DNA of 64,000 nucleotides from Rhodomicrobiaceae bacterium (GTDB lineage Bacteria; Pseudomonadota; Alphaproteobacteria; Rhizobiales; Rhodomicrobiaceae), in contig JBNKIW010000004.1 of assembly GCA_050290865.1 (NCBI GenBank), positions 147,916-211,915 on the forward strand, written 5' to 3'. The notes beneath the pieces were generated by a model. That model saw only the letters and a program-made list of their open reading frames with translations, was not told where the DNA came from and made no database searches. Positions 61,230 to 64,000 of the stretch are shown here, one piece after another. Numbering within the stretch: the stretch's first letter is position 1; the number at the start of each line of letters is the position of its first letter. The position numbers were made by a program, and so were the translations under genes.

Positions 61230-62396
61230 TTATTCACGCAAAAATCGTTTCCGAACAAAGCGTTGATTGGAGAAACCATCTACCCTGTCACCCCGTTTGT
61301 CCCCTGGCGGGAGTGTGACGGCATTGTCACGGGTTCGCTCAACAGCGCGGTGCAGGTGTTCCACTTGAAGGAATGCATAGACGCGCTCGGTGACGGTGAT
61401 TGAGGAATGCCCAAGCCACTTGGAGACCTCTTCCATTGACATTCGGCGATCCTGCAGCAGCCTACAGCCGCAAGTTCTGCGTAGATCATGAATCGTAAGA
61501 TCCATTATTCCGGCGTGCGCGACGATCTTCTTGAAGCTCTCCCAGACATAGGGGCTCTTCTGCGAGTACCTGTTTCCGTCCTTCCGGTGGAACACCCACG
61601 GCTTGCCGGGTCGTGCGGACAGAGATTCAAGAAGCACAAACGATCGGTCCAGGATCGGAAACGATCTTCCCCGGCCTGACTTACTCTTCGGATTAGGAAT
61701 AAAAATCTCACGGCGGTCAAGCTGCAATTGCGTGTCGCGTTCGAGTGAAAACATCTCTTCTTTACGGAGTCCTGTGTCGATAGCGACCGGAATTATGACA
61801 TCCCAAGGTACGGGCTTCCTGCCGTCAGGACGTGGGTGTTTGCTCCACTCGGTTGCGGATGCGATCAAGTTTGCCTCCTCCTGATGCGTCAGCACCCGAT
61901 TGCGCGGCGGGTTCTCTGGCAGAGATTTGGCGCGCCCGCGAAGGTATGTCTTGATGGGGTTCTTCGTCACCCAGTTCCAGGTTTCAGCGCAAGTGAACAG
62001 CGTACGCAGGCACGCCAGATCTCGCCGGACAGTCGGCGTTTCAACAGTCTTGCGTCGCTTCATTTCGAAGTCGTAAAGGCGTTCGGACCCAATCTCGTCC
62101 AGATAGACGCCCTGAAAGTGGTCAATCAGATGACAGATTGAGATATTGTATCGTGTCGCCGTCGATGGACGGACCGTTGGAAAATGCTCAGTGATAAATC
62201 GCTTGACGGCTTGGTCGAAGGTGTGGCGGGGTTTCTCCCCCCACTCGGCGGCTGTCAGTTCTTCGATCCAGCGGTTAAGACGCTCGCGAGCAATTGTTTT
62301 GCTTCCTGTTTCAAGAGATTTTTCGAACGTGCTCGCCTTCCGTCTGACCCGCCCGTACCAGATATTTCCCCTCTTGTGGAGCCAGCCTCCCGACAT
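61230..62396 (-). CDS. int: Tyrosine-type site-specific recombinase (phage integrase family)
   Basis: 388 aa. N-terminal arm-binding-like region (KRGNIWYGRV). Catalytic R (GLRKEEMFSL), H-x-x-R (IHDLRRTCG), H and Y (GHSSITVTERVYA). Its 3' end abuts the tRNA-Cys fragment. Confidence 0.85.
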   Translation of the reverse strand: MSGGWLHKRGNIWYGRVRRKASTFEKSLETGSKTIARERLNRWIEELTAAEWGEKPRHTFDQAVKRFITEHFPTVRPSTATRYNISICHLIDHFQGVYLDEIGSERLYDFEMKRRKTVETPTVRRDLACLRTLFTCAETWNWVTKNPIKTYLRGRAKSLPENPPRNRVLTHQEEANLIASATEWSKHPRPDGRKPVPWDVIIPVAIDTGLRKEEMFSLERDTQLQLDRREIFIPNPKSKSGRGRSFPILDRSFVLLESLSARPGKPWVFHRKDGNRYSQKSPYVWESFKKIVAHAGIMDLTIHDLRRTCGCRLLQDRRMSMEEVSKWLGHSSITVTERVYAFLQVEHLHRAVERTRDNAVTLPPGDKRGDRVDGFSNQRFVRKRFLRE

Positions 62397-62893
62397 GGAG
62401 TTCTCTCCTTAAGTTGCTCCCGCCACCAATGTTCGAATTCGGTGAAGTCGAACACATAACGCGCCCGCGCGCCCCTGCCCAGTCTCCGGCAGGGAATTTG
62501 GCCGTCTCGCGCCAAGCGCTGAAAATAGTCTGGGCTCAGCCCCGTCATGTTTGCGAGGTCACGCGTGGTGATTACGCCATTCACCGATGTCGTTCGTAAG
62601 CCATTTTGTCGGTATTTTGTGATAGTTTCCGTTGGTGTGTCCTCCTTCCCAACAGCTGTTCGCAACTGATTGCAGAATAATCTCGCACTCTTGCGCTCAC
62701 CGTTTCCCGCGGATGCTTCAATTAGGAATGAATGAAATTCCGCCGCGAGCGCCTGCATCGCCTTTTTCCAGTCAGCCCCCTTGGCTTCCAAAAAGACCAA
62801 TACGGCATGCGTTACGAGATTGAGGTTGGGATCGCGCGCCTCCGCAATCTCTTCGGTGTCGCTCGACAAATCGCGAGTATTTTTACGCACCAC
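62255..62893 (-). CDS. AlpA/excisionase-family HTH DNA-binding protein (boundaries uncertain; 3' end overlaps integrase start)
   Basis: HTH_17-type motif ITTRDLANMTGLSPDYFQRLARDGQIPCRRLGRGARARYVFDFTEFEHWW, encoded at about 62400-62580 immediately upstream of int. The ORF continues about 140 nt into int in another frame. An alternative start is the internal Met at 62761. Confidence 0.45.
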   Translation of the reverse strand: MVRKNTRDLSSDTEEIAEARDPNLNLVTHAVLVFLEAKGADWKKAMQALAAEFHSFLIEASAGNGERKSARLFCNQLRTAVGKEDTPTETITKYRQNGLRTTSVNGVITTRDLANMTGLSPDYFQRLARDGQIPCRRLGRGARARYVFDFTEFEHWWREQLKERTPCREAGSTRGEISGTGGSDGRRARSKNLLKQEAKQLLASVLTAGSKN

Positions 62894-63225
62894 AACCTCG
62901 CAGCAGAATAATTACTGATCGTCGCCTGGCAGTTACTCCCTGCACGTTCGGAATCACGATCGCAATCGCAACGCAGGCGGTGTCATGCTCTTCGCCAGCA
63001 GGGGGGAATGATGAATCACAGATCTCAATAGGCCCGTGTGTGACCACTCGCATATAACCTCACATAGGACTCAGTTGTTATAATGCAACGCCTGCGTAAT
63101 TGTAAGACATCTGAAGCATAACGTGCTGTAATTATTTCAATAGTTCCATATCATAAAGGGCTTTGTCAATGACAAATATTCTGCTGTCGCCATATTGCGA
63201 GTGTTATGTTAACTGGCTTAGCGGA

Positions 63226-64000
63226 TGACGATGGCCTCTTCTCAAAAACATGGGCGAAAACGCCGTCCAGATCGCCCCCTGGGGCTGGCTCACCCTACTG
63301 CACAGCGCTCTTCGCAGGGGCATCGGGGACGATATAGTCAGGCGAGCAACAGCCTCGTTGAGAATGTGCCTCGCCGTTTCCAGATCGTGGATGGCGTGTC
63401 GATGCTGTGCGAGGTCGCACTCACGGCCGATAACGCCATGCGAACGTTGCATGAACGCGGCTAACTTCCTTCCCGAATATTGGGGCGAAAAGACCGTCCA
63501 GACCGACCCTGTCCGAACCCGCCCGGCGGCACTGTCCGATTTTGCTGCTATCTAACAACGGGTTGGCAGATAGAACTCTGGCTTTCATCAATCGCAAGAT
63601 CGACCCTGAGGCCGACCCTGGACCGCCCCTGAGACCGCCCCTGTGACACGGAATGCCTTGCCAAGTAACGCTTTCGGCAGGGTCGATCCCTCGCGAAGCT
63701 GGATGCATGAACGTGGTGGACACCCTCCCCGAATATAGGGGTGAAAACATCGTCACCATCGTCATGCACCGCAATTCATCGCGGTGTTACAGCTACTTAT
63801 GCCCCGCCCGGCTTTCCCTGACATCGTCATGGCATCGTCACTGTCCAGAACTGCGTAAAGGACCATGAACTGGTCCTTATCGGTCGTGAGAGATGATGAG
63901 GACGCCTTCCTGAATATAGGGGTGAAAACGCCGGCACCGCCGGCACCCGCGCGCGGAAACCCCTGCTCAGTAGGGGTTTGGCGGGTGCCGGTCCTGCCCA
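63226..64000. repeat. Array of at least 4 degenerate ~50-bp repeat units spaced 181-256 bp apart, plus ATCGTCA octamer direct repeats
   Basis: Motif copies GGGCGAAAACGCCGTCCAGATCG (63252), CCCGAATATTGGGGCGAAAAGACCGTCCAGACCG (63472), CCCCGAATATAGGGGTGAAAACATCGTC (63727), CCTGAATATAGGGGTGAAAACGCCGGC (63909). Upstream TGCATGAACG(C/T)GG occurs at 63447 and 63702. ATCGTCA occurs at 63749, 63758, 63823 and 63834, with an inverted copy at 63226. Small ORFs across them are mutually inconsistent, suggesting non-coding. Confidence 0.5.

Larger units (their letters stand above)
61178..64000. mobile_element. Left/right end of an integrated genomic island or prophage inserted at tRNA-Cys (extends beyond the window)
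   Basis: The tRNA fragment, the abutting integrase, the AlpA-like gene, an AT-rich region (62900-63230) and a repeat array follow one another. Flanking sequence to the left (leuS-lptE) is core genome. The intact tRNA-Cys copy expected at the far end is not in the window. Confidence 0.55.

Noticed and set aside
61178-61300. Full-length tRNA-Cys gene
   Set aside because: Only the 3' ~50 nt fold as tRNA. The sequence 5' of the anticodon stem (GGAAACGATTTTTGCGTGAATAAGC) cannot pair as an acceptor or D stem and is the integrase C-terminal coding sequence.
63204-63774. Small ORFs overlapping the island repeats (79 to 117 aa on both strands)
   Set aside because: The conserved repeat falls at the N-terminus of one ORF and the C-terminus of another, on both strands, and the products are Trp/Cys/Arg-rich. 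Conservation is therefore at nucleotide level, not protein level.
63226-64000. Repeat array considered as a CRISPR array (hairpin + GAAAAC-like repeat ends)
   Set aside because: Units are degenerate, spacing is irregular (181-256 bp versus uniform ~60-70 bp periodicity), and there are no cas genes in the visible part. This is inconsistent with CRISPR.

Overview
High-GC (~64%) alphaproteobacterial chromosomal window, densely coding. Most of it is ordinary core-genome content; the right end is the edge of an integrated mobile element.

Genes identified, in order along the window:
- Lactate utilisation: a lutA homologue at the left edge (partial), with lutB-lutC about 10 kb away.
- Glycolate oxidase glcDEF, with a divergent LysR regulator and a c-type cytochrome.
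- dapE, a family-4 glycosyltransferase, and mntH preceded by a perfect Mur/Fur-type palindrome.
- A dienelactone hydrolase / phosphoribosyltransferase pair.
- Two paralogous hybrid sensor kinases in inverted orientation, bracketing hutG-like, hisN, coaD, ppiA and ppiB, with a C-N hydrolase gene directly downstream of the second kinase.
- An L,D-transpeptidase, a TerC-family Mn-associated membrane protein and a class II aldolase.
- Two tandem Omp25/RopB-like beta-barrel paralogues, then a TonB-family protein.
- recG, a TetR-GST pair, yebC, a secreted Ala/Lys-rich protein, tadA, an S4 protein, and a SUV3-like helicase with a long charged tail.
- DUF3108, an exported SRPBCC / YVTN beta-propeller pair, a third hybrid kinase, EndoV-like, an M48/DUF45 hydrolase, intracellular PHB depolymerase, a flotillin-like SPFH protein, enoyl-CoA hydratase, coaA-hisE, yggS, leuS-lptE.

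From 61178 to the window end lies the edge of a mobile element integrated at tRNA-Cys. It comprises a 50-nt tRNA-Cys(GCA) 3' fragment (att core), a tyrosine integrase abutting it, an AlpA/excisionase-like gene, an AT-rich promoter region, and a non-coding array of at least four degenerate ~50-bp repeats (CCCC-GAATATA-GGGG hairpin followed by TGAAAAC) with ATCGTCA iteron-like octamers. The window ends inside the element, so its cargo is not visible.

No CRISPR array, no rRNA and no intact tRNA were found.
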